A DNA stretch of 63,977 nucleotides, counting the filler, from Octopus bimaculoides (lineage: Eukaryota): NCBI RefSeq assembly GCF_001194135.2. It is 6 parts of 6 records of this genome, joined end to end, with 100 filler letters (N's around TTAATTAATTAA, not from the genome) between each part and the next. Parts side by side here need not be neighbours in the genome. Positions count along the whole stretch, not along the records: positions 1 to 26,518 come from NC_068989.1; positions 26,619 to 51,181 come from NC_068984.1; 4 more parts are not named here. One strand, given 5' to 3'. The translations under genes were made by a program, and so were the position numbers. Position 1 is the first letter of the stretch. Every line of letters starts with the position of its first letter. Under the pieces are notes generated by a model that had not been told where the DNA came from, made no database searches, and was given only the letters and a program-made list of their open reading frames with translations. Of this stretch, positions 14,412-27,213 are shown one piece after another.

Positions 14412-15522
14412 TTATCATCATCATTATGATTATTATTATTATTATTGTTTTCTCGGCGTGTTAACGATTCAGCCATCTCGCCGCCTTACAAGAGATGATG
14501 ATAGTGGTGGTTTCAAATTCTGGCACAAGGTAAGCAATTTCGAGGTGGGGTGTAAATCGATAACCTCGTCTCCAGTGCTCAAGAAGTGTTTTATGAACCC
14601 CGAAAGGATGAAAGGCAAGTTGACCTGGGTGAAACATGATGATGATGATAATAGCATGACCCATAGGCGGGGTAACTGATTTTATCAACTCCAATACTTC
14701 CTTGTAATTATGTTAGAGATCACTGGGGAAGAAATTCACGAACGAAAGCAGCAGAATGCATAGGAATGTAACTGAATACCACAAGATCTTCTGTTGCTCT
14801 CTTAATCGAATCTGTTATCTGTCTCCCTTACTAAATTAAGTATCATTACTGATATAGACACGAGGCCACACATTTCAAATATGGAGGAGTAAAAAGCAGA
14901 ATTTTTGATTTGATTGATTCAAGTGTTTATATGTTGCTATATTAGTTAACTTTTCCCGATATGTTAACTGTGGTTTGGAATTGAACATATTACACAACTC
15001 AATACTTTCGGACAAGAATCATACGAAATCATCATTCATCATTTTAAACTTCGAATACTCGCAAATCCAGGCATCAATATAAACAGTAACCCTTGATAAT
15101 ATCAAAAAGACATTAATATCTTCTGAACTGAATATCGGAGTTTCACTGAATCAGTTCACCTTTTCCATTTTTAATGACTTTGAGAACGGATATTCATATG
15201 AATCAGAAATGACGAAAAGATCAATATTCTTGAATGACGTAAATGATACGCATGTCATTACTTCCAGTATATATTTGATGGTAATTTATTGGCAGCTATG
15301 TGAGAAATTAGAAACAAACTCATATCAAATGTCACTGAATATATTTAAATACTTATCTAGACATTTCAAAGGTCTGCTGGTCTATTTTGTAAAACAGCTG
15401 GTCTAGTGGTTCGTCTTCTGTAGGGCAGCACTAAAGCATTGCCTAAAATAATTGCTAAAGGAAACGAAATATTTAGCTATAATTCTGTGAGTCTTCATTG
15501 TAATATTGATCTTCAAATAAAG

Positions 15523-15705
15523 TGTCGAGCTAGCAGAAACGTTAACACATCGGGTGAAATGCTTAGCGGTATTTCATCTGCTGCTACGTTCTGAGTACAA
15601 ATTCCGGCGAGTCGACTTTGCCTTTCATCCTTTCGGAGTCGATTAAATAAGTACCAGTTCCGCACTGGGATCGAAATAATCGACTTAATCCATTTGTCTG
15701 TTCTA
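15523..15705 (+). mobile_element. SINE family B copy (other copies about 14505-14635 -, 17640-17830 -, 25620-25815 +, 25820-26030 +, 30265-30470 -, 33890-34105 +, 34520-34830 -, 45470-45660 -, 49035-49235 +, 52870-53110 +, 53755-53965 +, 57322-57400 +)
   Basis: Recurring core TTTGCCTTTCATCCTTTCGGGGTCGATAAA or its reverse complement; coordinates approximate. Confidence 0.8.
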
Positions 15706-16185
15706 TATTGTGACTTTGAATCCAAAACCGGGAGGTGTCTTGTGCTCTGAAGCAAAACACTTCATTTCACGCTGTTCCAGCTCACGTAGCCGTAAATGAG
15801 AACCAATAGTGGTTGTAAGATTTAACCTGTCATGGATCGGCGTCTCACTTAAAGGGAGGGTTGTAAGTCACTTATACGCTATGGAAACCAGATTAACCTC
15901 CTGCTTCATTAGTGCTTCCTCTTTGGCTTCTCTTCCCGGCGTGCTAACGATTCTGCCAGGTTTTCAGCATAAAGATTCAGAAGTAAATTGCAAAGTATTT
16001 TGCTCAAAGCTTTTATAATTCTTGAACTGTTATTTCACTATTTTATCGGACCCAATCACCTGACAAGAAAAAGGTGACTTCGGCAAAATTTGTGGTGAGA
16101 ATAAAGGAAAAAAATATGCAAATACTGCAAGGAAGTTTGTCGAATGCTCTCAAATTTCTCTCAGTCCACCGGGTCTAAAGTAATG

Positions 16186-16413
16186 TTGAGTTGTCCGTAA
16201 AGTTCGTGCCGAGTTTTAAAGGAAAGAAAAAGGTCAATAAATAGTTGCCATTACATTTTTAATCAACCAAATATGAACCATTTTGTTGCACAATGCGTCT
16301 CTATTTTCCCTTTAACTTGAGAATACCCTCTTCCCAGAATTGAGGTAGTTTCGTGGCAAATAAGTCAAAAGATAAGCTACTATAAATCGGCACGAACTTT
16401 CCGGACAACCCAA
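16186..16413 (-). mobile_element. Internally deleted mariner (MITE-like), 228 bp
   Basis: TIRs TTGAGTTGTCCGTAAAGTTCGTGCCGA / TCGGCACGAACTTTCCGGACAACCCAA, TA on right flank; retains transposase end FWEEGILKLKGK*RRIVQQNGSYLVD*. Confidence 0.85.
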
Positions 16414-16683
16414 TACTTTATTGTATTAGCCGTCTCCGATAGGATGGATAAAATGCAAACTTGATCTTAGCGGGATTTGATCTTAGAATATAATTGATTG
16501 GATCAAATGTCGCAGGGCATTTTCTCCAACTCTATAAAGATTTTCACCCACTGTCCTGATTTGGTACCTTTTTTTATTTTAGGAAATCTACAATGATGAA
16601 AAGCAGAGTTGCCCTGGTCGGGACTTGAAACCAGAACATCAAAATAACTGATTAAAATATATCTCTAATATATCGCTACAAAT

Positions 16684-17035
16684 TGTTGTTGTTGGCACTC
16701 CGTCACTTACGACGTCGAGGGTTCCAGTTGATCCGATCAACGGAACAGCCTGCTCGTGAAATTAACTTGCAAGTGGCTGAGCCCTCCACAGACACGTGTA
16801 CCCTTAACGTAGTTCTCGGGGATATTCAGCGTGATACAGTGTGACAAGGCTGACCCTTTGAATTACAGGCACAACAGAAACAGGAAGTAAGAGTGAGAGA
16901 GAAAGTTGTGGTGGAAGAGTACAGCAGGGTTCGCCACCATCCCCTGCCGGAGCCTCGTGGAACTTTAGGTGTTTTCGTTCAATAAACACTCACAACGCCC
17001 AGTCTGCCCTAACAACTGGGCCATTGCGCCTCCAC
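16684..17035 (-). mobile_element. SINE family C copy with a 38-nt deletion in the tRNA head
   Basis: Near identical to the 37.3 kb copy; TSD ATCGCTACAAAT at 16672-16683 and 17036-17047. Confidence 0.9.
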
Positions 17036-18084
17036 ATCGCTACAAATAAGTGACCTGTAATTGGTTGTTTAGCACTCTAAATGTTCAAAGCAAGCGCACA
17101 TGTTACAAATGATTGTCATAGTGGTTTATTCTGTTACTTTGTTAACTTTTCTTCCTTTCATATTATGTTCTAGAGCTAAATTCAGCATCGTAAACAAATT
17201 GATCAGCCCGCATGAGAAATGCGGACATTTCTTTTGAACTTCAAAGTTTAGATTTTAAAATCATTAATTATTTAGAATAGATTTAATTTTTTTAAATAAC
17301 TTTTGTATGATTAATGTCATAATTAAACAGACAACGACATATTAGTAGGAGCAAACACAGGTGTTTTGATGTTGGCGTACGACCAACAAGAAATAGTAAC
17401 TAAACCTCACGCAAATTATACCCTAAAATATATAAAAGCAAAGAACACGTGCCCCAGCATGATTTCCGCTTTAAAGCTGAAACGATTTGAAGAGTTAACA
17501 CAGTAGGTACTGTAGTTTTATTTACACAGCTAAAAAAACAAAAGATGACTAGAACTCCTTTGACCACAAATCTGCCTGTACAAGATTGAACTGTAGCTAA
17601 AAAAAAGCAACAACAACAATACAACCACAATAATCGTTTTTACAAAAGGCACCAATTTTGGAGAAGGGGTTTCGATTATACCGACCTTCACGCTCAATGG
17701 CTACTTATTTCATCGACCCTGAAAGGCCAATTTAACCACGGCGGATTCTAAAATCGAAGCGTAAAGACGAACAACCACCAGGTATTTGTTTGGCCATGTT
17801 AACAATTCCTCCATCTTGCCGCCTTCAACACCAGCACAATAATATGGCTTTAAACATATAGGCTCTCTTCAGTCGCGCGACAAGCTAGAAATAGTCTGCA
17901 AAGCTCTCCTCAAATCAATTCTATAATCTCAAAGAGAATGACACGTTACATACTGTACTACATGTATACATTGGTTATAAAAGGATGAGGTTTGATCTCA
18001 GCTAGAACGTCTTTGTATCACTTCCAGCTCTCCTATCTTTTGCTTTCTTTCTACACCCCACCACATACACATATGTCTCTCTCC

Positions 18085-18161
<77 letters not shown>

Positions 18162-21112
18162 TTTTTATTCTTTTATTCTTTTACTTGTTTCAGTCATTCG
18201 ACTGCAGCCCTGCTGGAGCACTGACTTGTTCTTTGTAAGCCTAGTACTTATTCTATCGGTCTCCTGTGCCGAACCGCTAAGTTACGGGGACCTAAACACA
18301 CCAGCATCGGTTGTCAGGCGATGTTGGGAGGACAAACACAGATACACAACATATACACACACATACATATACATATACATATATACGACGGGTTTTTTTC
18401 AGTTTCTACTTACCACACAGCAACATATATATATGCATCAGAACAAAGCGCTAGTCGAGTACTGGTTGAGCAGTAATAAGACAGGACAGAAATGAGAAGA
18501 TACTAAGAAGTTATATCCTGAACTTAGTGAATTTACAGTCGCTTTTGCTATAAGGTGCAACACATCCATAGTTGAGTGCTTGTGCATCATCCCATAGCTT
18601 CATCGGAACTATAAGTGCATTGCATGCTATACCAGAAGCAGGGGAAAGTTAATGATGTCCATAAGATAGTTTCTCATTCTCTTGTAATTTCATGTTCATA
18701 ACGTTGATTTATTATCTTAAAGAGTTAGATTATGTCTTGGATGTCAATCCATAGTTAAGTTATTTTTACAAGTGCAACTCATCCATTTGGGCTTGGTTTC
18801 ATTACATAGTAAATTTTGTTCGCAGCGTAACACTTCGATAGTCTTGCATTTTGTAGCTTGGTTTGTTTAAGGCGTAACACGTCGATTGTTACTTGGATTT
18901 CTTCCCATAATTATAAGTTTCGATTTTAAAATCATTAATTAATTATAATTAATTTAATTTCTAAAATATCTTTTGCATGATTAATGTCGAAATCATTTAA
19001 ACAACAGCAATATTAATATGATCCAAACACCTGTTTTAATGTGTGCTCTAACACTTTAACCATAGATTTTCTTATTCAAGATTGAAGACTAAATAGCAAC
19101 AACTACTGCAAGAATACCAGCACAATAATCGTTTCTACATTAGACATGAGACCACCAATTTGGGGAAAGAGGTTTAGCCAATTACAAAGACCCCGTTCTT
19201 AATTGCTGCTCACTTCATCGACCCCGAAAGTCAAATTTGACATTCGAACTAGTCTGATTTCGATAATGCCTTCCATTTGTTCCACAGCCATGATTGTTTA
19301 AAGCACAAAGTACGAATGTGTGTCATTATGTTAAAAATTTCTTTCAATTTTAACTTCCATTTCCATCGATAGTTAAGGTTGTCAAAAGCGTAACTGAAGA
19401 ACACCTATCTTGACAAGCAAATTAATATTATAGATGACGATGTCTTTATCATTAAAGCAAACATTAGTCAGCATGACCGAACTCTGAAGCAAACCCAACT
19501 GCGAATATAATTACTTGCTTTGGCACAATTATATGTGCGTTCGTCGTTGCAGTTGCTGCTAATTAAACGACCACTATTAAGATATTCATAACGCCACCGC
19601 TACCATCTCCACAACTGCTGTCACTCTTATTCTGATTGTTTTCTCTGATGATTTCACTGTTATATTTGTTTAATTTTGTCTTTGTTTTCTATTTTCGTTT
19701 ATTATTCATATTTCTCATGATAATATTTTAAGATGATTATTATTTCGACATTGCTATTAATTTTGGTGTCAATTTTATTTGTGTCAAGCAGTGGAATGAA
19801 AGAAATGGTAAAGAACCGAGTTGAATGAATTCTACAAGTGAGACAAATTCCAGCAACTAGCTCCTGCATATTTGCGTGAACTGCTGAAAATAACAGTCAC
19901 ATTTCCCTCAGCTCACACACTGCCCGGTCTCAGTAATGGGTTTCTCTTCACGTTGACAGAAAACGGGATGGTCATAGCTTCAGTTCCTTTAATCCCAAAC
20001 CAGATTCATCAGGGCTGGCTCAGGGTTAAACAACCAGTGAAAAACTTGCAGCATGCAAGCATATCTCTGTGTGGTTACTAATTCTTCTAGACATAGCAGC
20101 TAACTATTTCATAGCTCACACGCTCTAGCGACTTATAAAGGACAAATATAGAAACGAAAGCCAGAATTCTCTTCACATTGGAAAAATACGAGATTAACAA
20201 CAATTCCCAGCGGACGAACATGGTTCTATGTAGTTACAAAACCTGCTAGACATAGACGTCAAATAATTTTACTCGATGCACACGCTTCATGGTCTTTAAA
20301 AAATGAGACAGTTTAGCTTATGAGGGCCTGGGGATAGCTTCCCACTTGGAAAAGGCGGAATGGCCACAATTTGAACTCCTTTTATTATATATCTGATTGA
20401 TCAGGAACGACCTAGGGCCATCAAAGCAGAACAACTAGCTACGAACGAACATGCTTCTACATGGTCACTAAACCTGTTGGAAATATTACCCAAATATCTC
20501 TCAGCTCAAACATTCCATCATCTTAGAATAGGGCTGCTTCCGATAATCTGATCGAGATTATCTTGAAAATAAGTAACAGAAATGATGGCCATAACTGGAT
20601 TAACTTTAATTATGCATCTGCTTGATTAGTGCTAATCCGGTGTTAAACATCATCATGATCAACAACAACAGTAACAATTCTGACAATGACCGAGGAACTT
20701 CGAATGCGGTGTCCTGCTACTTCCTGGTCGCTCACCCTGCTAGAAATATCAACCAAATCCCCAGATCACACACCTTGCCATCTGAAAGAGGGAAATGACA
20801 TGTTGTTGTAGTCATAGACATGCACACCTTAAGAGAAACGGAATGGATAAACATTACAAGAACGCTTTGATCTTCAGGTCTGCTCAAACAGGACTGAACT
20901 GGGGTTAAACTATATCTTTCACCGCGTTGCAGGATGGCCATCTACCTCATATGGTTAGCTGAATCTGGGTTGAAGCCCCTAGCTTGTAATCTTTCTATTT
21001 TTAATACTATATGTACCAGTTATATACAGAGGAAGGCAGTATCCAGAACACGTTAACAAATCGATATCCTTATGGACACAACCCTTTCGGTTACTATTGC
21101 CTGTAAGTATCG

Positions 21113-21695
21113 ATGATGACGACGATGAAGATGATGATGACGACGACGATGACAGTTGATGATGAAGATGATGATGACGATGATGATGATGGTGGTGGTG
21201 GTGACGACGACAGAAAATGAGGACAGATGATGATGGTGATGACCTTGAATATAAGGATAGTGATGATGGCTGTTTTCATGATGATGATCATGATAATAAT
21301 GATGGACGATGACGAAAACGATGTTGATAGTGATGACGATTATATCGATGATGAATATGATGTTTGTAGCGGTGGAGTTTGTTGTCGTTTATGTTGATGA
21401 AGACAGTTATAGTGGCGTTGGTAGTGGTAACGAAATTGATAATGAAGACGATGATGGATGATGATGATGATGATGATAAAGATGATGATGATGATGATGA
21501 TGATGATGGGGATAAAGATATGATAATGATGATAATGATGATGATGATGATGATGAATATGATGACAACGACGATGATGACTGCATATCTTCTCCATATC
21601 CAGGGAAACCTGCTCCACCGAATCTAGACTAAACTCCCGACTCGAGTTCGACGACGAAGATGAAAACGGCGACTACGAGGACGACGATAATGATT

Positions 21696-21736
<41 letters not shown>
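21113..21736. repeat. Degenerate (GAT/GAC)n tract
   Basis: Direct reading. Confidence 0.95.
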
Positions 21737-21737
<1 letters not shown>

Positions 21738-21765
21738 CAAATAGCGGTGTTACTGAGATACGCAG
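21604..21765 (+). CDS. Candidate 162-nt symmetric exon encoding an acidic low-complexity peptide (ETCSTESRLNSRLEFDDEDENGDYEDDDNDY-D13-SNSGVTEIR)
   Basis: Acceptor tcttctccatatccag (ends 21603), donor CAG|GTATAA (GT at 21766), length divisible by 3, only one frame open. Lies inside a GAT microsatellite, so could be chance. Confidence 0.3.
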
Positions 21766-22325
21766 GTATAAGAATGTACTTCCGCATGAAAACCAATTGC
21801 CAAGTTACTATTACTATATAATATAGCATATGCCGACAATTTTTTTTTTTTTTTTTTGACAAAAATACATGGTGATGAAAAAGCAATAATAGCTGATGGT
21901 TTATATTTATTTCTACAAGTGAGACAATTCCGATATATTGCACTTTAATTGAATTTCCTCAAAGAAAAATAGACTACACCATACTTACTGAACTGGTGAA
22001 TATAGAACCCGGGAGAATATATACGCGTTTGGGTGACGTAGAAAATTAAGTACGTTGGCACTATGGTTGCGGTTGCATTTGTTGTTTATCTGGGGTCAGC
22101 TTTGACCAAACAGGGCCTCATATAAAAATTTTCTCCCTTTAACAAACGCTCTTTTGTGTATTTTACAAACAAAGTGTATGACTGAGTATATTATATCATG
22201 CGATATGTATTATGCTTTTATCTGACGCAGTAGCATATAATCCATGTTTTTATATTAAAGAAAATATGGCGGCTATTTCTAGCATTGATGTATAAGTTTC
22301 CTTTTACAGAGACGAAGGAATACAC

Positions 22326-22380
<55 letters not shown>

Positions 22381-24420
22381 CACATACACACACACACACA
22401 CATAGATGCGCACATATGTGCATATTAATATANNNNNNNNNNNNNNNNNNNNNNNNNNNNNNNNNNNNNNNNNNNNNNNNNNNNNNNNNNNNNNNNNNNN
22501 NNNNNNNNNNNNNNNNNNNNNNNNNNNNNNNNNNNNNNNNNNNNNNNNNNNNNNNNNNNNNNNNNNNNNNNNNNNNNNNNNNNNNNNNNNNNNNNNNNNN
22601 NNNNNNNNNNNNNNNNNNNNNNNNNNNNNNNNNNNNNNNNNNNNNNNNNNNNNNNNNNNNNNNNNNNNNNNNNNNNNNNNNNNNNNNNNNNNNNNNNNNN
22701 NNNNNNNNNNNNNNNNNNNNNNNNNNNNNNNNNNNNNNNNNNNNNNNNNNNNNNNNNNNNNNNNNNNNNNNNNNNNNNNNNNNNNNNNNNNNNNNNNNNN
22801 NNNNNNNNNNNNNNNNNNNNNNNNNNNNNNNNNNNNNNNNNNNNNNNNNNNNNNNNNNNNNNNNNNNNNNNNNNNNNNNNNNNNNNNNNNNNNNNNNNNN
22901 NNNNNNNNNNNNNNNNNNNNNNNNNNNNNNNNNNNNNNNNNNNNNNNNNNNNNNNNNNNNNNNNNNNNNNNNNNNNNNNNNNNNNNNNNNNNNNNNNNNN
23001 NNNNNNNNNNNNNNNNNNNNNNNNNNNNNNNNNNNNNNNNNNNNNNNNNNNNNNNNNNNNNNNNNNNNNNNNNNNNNNNNNNNNNNNNNNNNNNNNNNNN
23101 NNNNNNNNNNNNNNNNNNNNNNNNNNNNNNNNNNNNNNNNNNNNNTATATATATATATATATATATATATACAGAGAAATAGACAGATAAATATTCATAT
23201 AAATACATATACATACGCATCACGCATACAAACAGATAATATATGTAGAGTTTTCTTTATGCATGTATCTACGTGTATATCTGGTCAATGTTTGAAAGTA
23301 GAAGATGAAAAGACCGCCCAAAAACAGAAACGATAAACCGGTGCATTCAAACGATGAGCCTTGTGATATTTGACACGACTAACTTACATAGGCCACCTCT
23401 TGTCGTTCTCACCGAATGCAATGCATTGACCCACGATTAACAAACTTGTTGGAAACCTTCAAACAACGACGCTATTGTTTACTATTATGCTATATAAATT
23501 ACAGACATAAATATATAAAAGTTTATGGCATATAAATAGCTCTGGGTATAGTCTGATCTCTGATAGGCAAATGCATTTTTGTGTCACAGATTCTGAGATA
23601 TGTCTGTAGTTAAGACACGTGGCTCTGAATTAACTGACTTGAACGGGGTGTAAACACACACACACACACACACACACATACACACACACACACACACATA
23701 CATACACACACACATACACACATACGCACACACAAATAAATATGTATGTGTGTGTGTGTGTGTGTGTCTTTTATCGTTTATTTGTTTCAACCATCAGATC
23801 GCAGCCATGCTTCAGAACCGCCTTGGAAATTTTTGCCCAATTAAATCGACCTCAATACTCCATTTTCGCCTCGTACTTATTCTATCGGTCTCTTTTGCTG
23901 AACCTCTAAGTTACGAGAAGGTAAACATATTAACACTGGTTGTCAAGTGGTGGTGGTGGTGGAGAAACACAGACATAAGGTTAGACACACATACACGCAC
24001 ATACACACACACAGACATATCTTTAATCCCCCCACAACGATTTGGACCACCCGAGGAAATTTGAGAAGACGTCGAAGATGCCACGGAGTGGGATTGAACT
24101 CGGAACCACGTAGTTGGAGGCAAATTTCTTACCACACACCTCATGTGTATATGCGTTTGTTCATGCAGTACAGAGAAGAAGGTTGAAACTGCACTCAATA
24201 ATGAATGTTATCGCATTTCATTTAATGTTTCGAAATTTCGCTTCAACCTGTGTAACCTACATGAATATTAGTACGTACAATTTATCATTCAACTCTCGAA
24301 ATCCTTGGTTTAAGATACATCAGGTTGATAATATAAATCTCAAACCAAGAAGAAACGGAAAAAGAGGAACAAGGAAAGAAAAAAAAAAGGTAAAAACACA
24401 TTGAGTCAACACGAAGTGCC

Positions 24421-24600
24421 TCAATTGGTCGCACAGCACAATTTTCGACGGAACCTACTGAAGAGAGCCAAGAAGCTCGCAGCATTTGCTCCGGCGATAG
24501 CGAGGCTAAGGCGTTGGAACGGCCAAGTACCATCGCGGGTATCACCTGACACCTCGGTAAAGCAAGCGGCTAACATAACAATAAATTGGCCGTTAGCGAC
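24421..24600 (-). mobile_element. C-terminal fragment of a CRE-clade non-LTR retrotransposon ORF
   Basis: GQFIVMLAACFTEVSGDTRDGTWPFQRLSLAIAGANAASFLAL resembles the CRE-clade terminal motif TGDxRExxFLxQRLSxAxQRGNAAS; GC-rich island in AT-rich DNA. Confidence 0.6.
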
Positions 24601-24756
24601 CCATCCCCTCCAAATGTTTATATACTTACATATATATGTATGCGTGCATGTGTGTGTACATATATTATATATATATATATCATATATATATATATGTTTG
24701 TATATATGCATGTATGTATGTATACATGTGTGTATATGTGTGTATGTATGTACGAT

Positions 24757-24803
<47 letters not shown>

Positions 24804-26487
24804 CACTGAGGGTGTCTTGTCCGCTTATGTTCTGGTGTTTGTTGAATTTTTTCTAGAGAACATTATTTTCTTTGTAGGTAGATCGTGGATGATCACTTTC
24901 TAGCATATCGGATGTCCACTTAGTGGCCATCCCATNNNNNNNNNNNNNNNNNNNNNNNNNNNNNNNNNNNNNNNNNNNNNNNNNNNNNNNNNNNNNNNNN
25001 NNTATATATATATATATATATCCAGGAAAGCCAGATAAACGGTAGTAGGCATGAAAAATGCATTCCCATTAAAATTTCTGTTTATATTGAAATGATTAAT
25101 CAAGACTTGTTTAAATCCTTTAATTTTGTAGGCAACTTTCCATGTGAGAAAATTCCTTACCCTTACGTTTAATTATCTGTCTTTTCTACGTCTAAAAGCC
25201 TTAAAACGATGTTCGTTTGCACAGTACACCTGCTACCGGTGCTCTATCCACTCGTGATGAGGGGGTTGATGTTTAAGTTTTCGGAACACTACCGGGTGAG
25301 AATCTTTACAAATTTTAGTGTAGCATTGTATAACACGTTTTTTGTATACTTACATACATACATACATATCTGTATGTATGCATTGTTCTGTGTGTGTGCC
25401 TGTGTATGTTCATTTTGCCGACTACGTTATCTCAAGAACAGTCACATAAAGCCTTATCAACCTTTAATTTTAGTTTTCAATTTTAGATATTTATTATTTG
25501 GTTTCATTAGCTATCAGTTTATTTACTTTCCACGCATAGTCTCTAAAGTGAATCTGGGGTAAACAAGAGTATTGTTTGTTGGAAACGAAATAGCGTGTAA
25601 TATTATTCATCATGTTTAAGGCCGTGAGCTGGGTAAAATGCTTAGCAGCATTTCGTGTGTCCACATGTTCTCGGTTCAAATTCCGCCGAGGTCGACTTTG
25701 CCTTTCATCCTTTCGGAGGTCGATAAATTAAGGACCAGTTGCGTACTGGGGTCGATCTAATCGACTGCCCCTCCTCCCAAAATTTCAGGCCTTGTACCTA
25801 TAGTAGAAGGGATTTTTAAGGCGGGAAGGTGGTAGAATCGTTAGCATACCGGGCAAAATACTGTGCACCATTTCATCCGTCTTTACGTTCTGAGTTCAAA
25901 TTCCACCGGCATCCACTTTCATCCTTACGGGGTCGATGAAATAAGTACCATATGGACACTAGCGTCAATGTAATTGACGTAGACCCTCCCCAGAAAGTGC
26001 TGGCTGTATACCAAAATTTGAAACCAATATTTCTCATAATCTAGAAATATAACTGAAATCCGTATGGCCGGTGTAAATATGTGAAAACACGATCATGGAG
26101 TTCTTATTCACATTCCGTCTTATTCCAAAAGCCAACGAAGCATAACTGTACAATAGGCTTCTGTTCAATATTCCCAAACCACTATAAAGAAAACACGGTT
26201 TACTCATTTCTTCCATTGCTGTTTTTGTTCTTTGTATCTGCTTTTAATAGTTCTCTGCTGTTCCATGTCGGAGGTTTTTTTATACTCATGTCTCTCTTTT
26301 CTGAAATGGGGAAAAGCAACTAGTCACCATATCGTACGCAGCTTGCCGATCTGGGGTGTGACATCCCTGAAAGTGTGAAGTGCCACGTGTGTAATAATCA
26401 TAATGTTACACACATACACATACATGTATGTATATATATGTATGTAAATATATCTATATATATTTTTATATATACGCATACACGTGT

Positions 26488-26518
<31 letters not shown>

Positions 26519-26618
26519 NNNNNNNNNNNNNNNNNNNNNNNNNNNNNNNNNNNNNNNNNNNNTTAATTAATTAANNNNNNNNNNNNNNNNNNNNNNNNNN
26601 NNNNNNNNNNNNNNNNNN
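26519..26618. other. Artificial scaffold-join spacer 44N-TTAATTAATTAA-44N (also 51182-51281, 58350-58449, 60306-60405, 62698-62797)
   Basis: Five identical 100-bp constructs; the 12-mer has stop codons in all six frames. Confidence 0.95.
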
Positions 26619-26904
26619 AGCGAAAACATCTAATGCTCCACGAGGCTCCGGCAGGGGATGGTGGCGAACCCTGCTGTACTCTTTCACCACAACTTTCTCT
26701 CACTCTTACTTCCTGTTTCTGTTGTGCCTGTAATTCAAAGGGTCAGCCTTGTCACATTGTGTCACGCTGAATATCCCCGAGAACTACGTTAAGGGTACAC
26801 GTGTCTGTGGAGTGCTCAGCCACTTGCACGTTAATTTCACGAGCGGGCTGTTCCTTTGATCGGATCAACTGGAACCCTCGACGTCGTAAGCGACGGAGTG
26901 CCAA
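26619..26904 (+). mobile_element. SINE family C copy, 5' end lost at a scaffold join
   Basis: Reverse complement of the family C body through GACGGAGTGCCA. Confidence 0.88.
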
Positions 26905-27172
26905 GCACTGGACATAAGATGAGGTGGAAGTAAAATGAAGTTTAACACTTAATAGCGTTTTCAATAACGTATTTGAGTAATTTTTCAAATATTCGGCACG
27001 ATATTCTTTGTCTTTTATTTATTTTCATGAATGTAAATAATTCAGTCTCCCTGTAAAATTGAAAGCTTTACATTTATAACATATGTGTTAATGTGCGTAT
27101 CATGGTGCAATACTTACAACGACTTTCTTATTGCAATTTTGTTCTTTAATACCCACCTCCACAGGTGATTAG

Positions 27173-27213
27173 GTTACCTAGGTAACGGAAATAGAATACG
27201 TTACCTAGGTAAT
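27173..27213. promoter_or_regulatory. Pair of RFX X-box-like palindromes
   Basis: GTTACCTAGGTAAC at 27173-27186 and GTTACCTAGGTAAT at 27200-27213 match GTNRCC-N0-3-RGYAAC (second has one mismatch). Confidence 0.3.

Noticed and set aside
26563-26574. TTAATTAATTAA palindrome as a biological motif
   Set aside because: Always centred in exactly 44+44 N; an assembly spacer.
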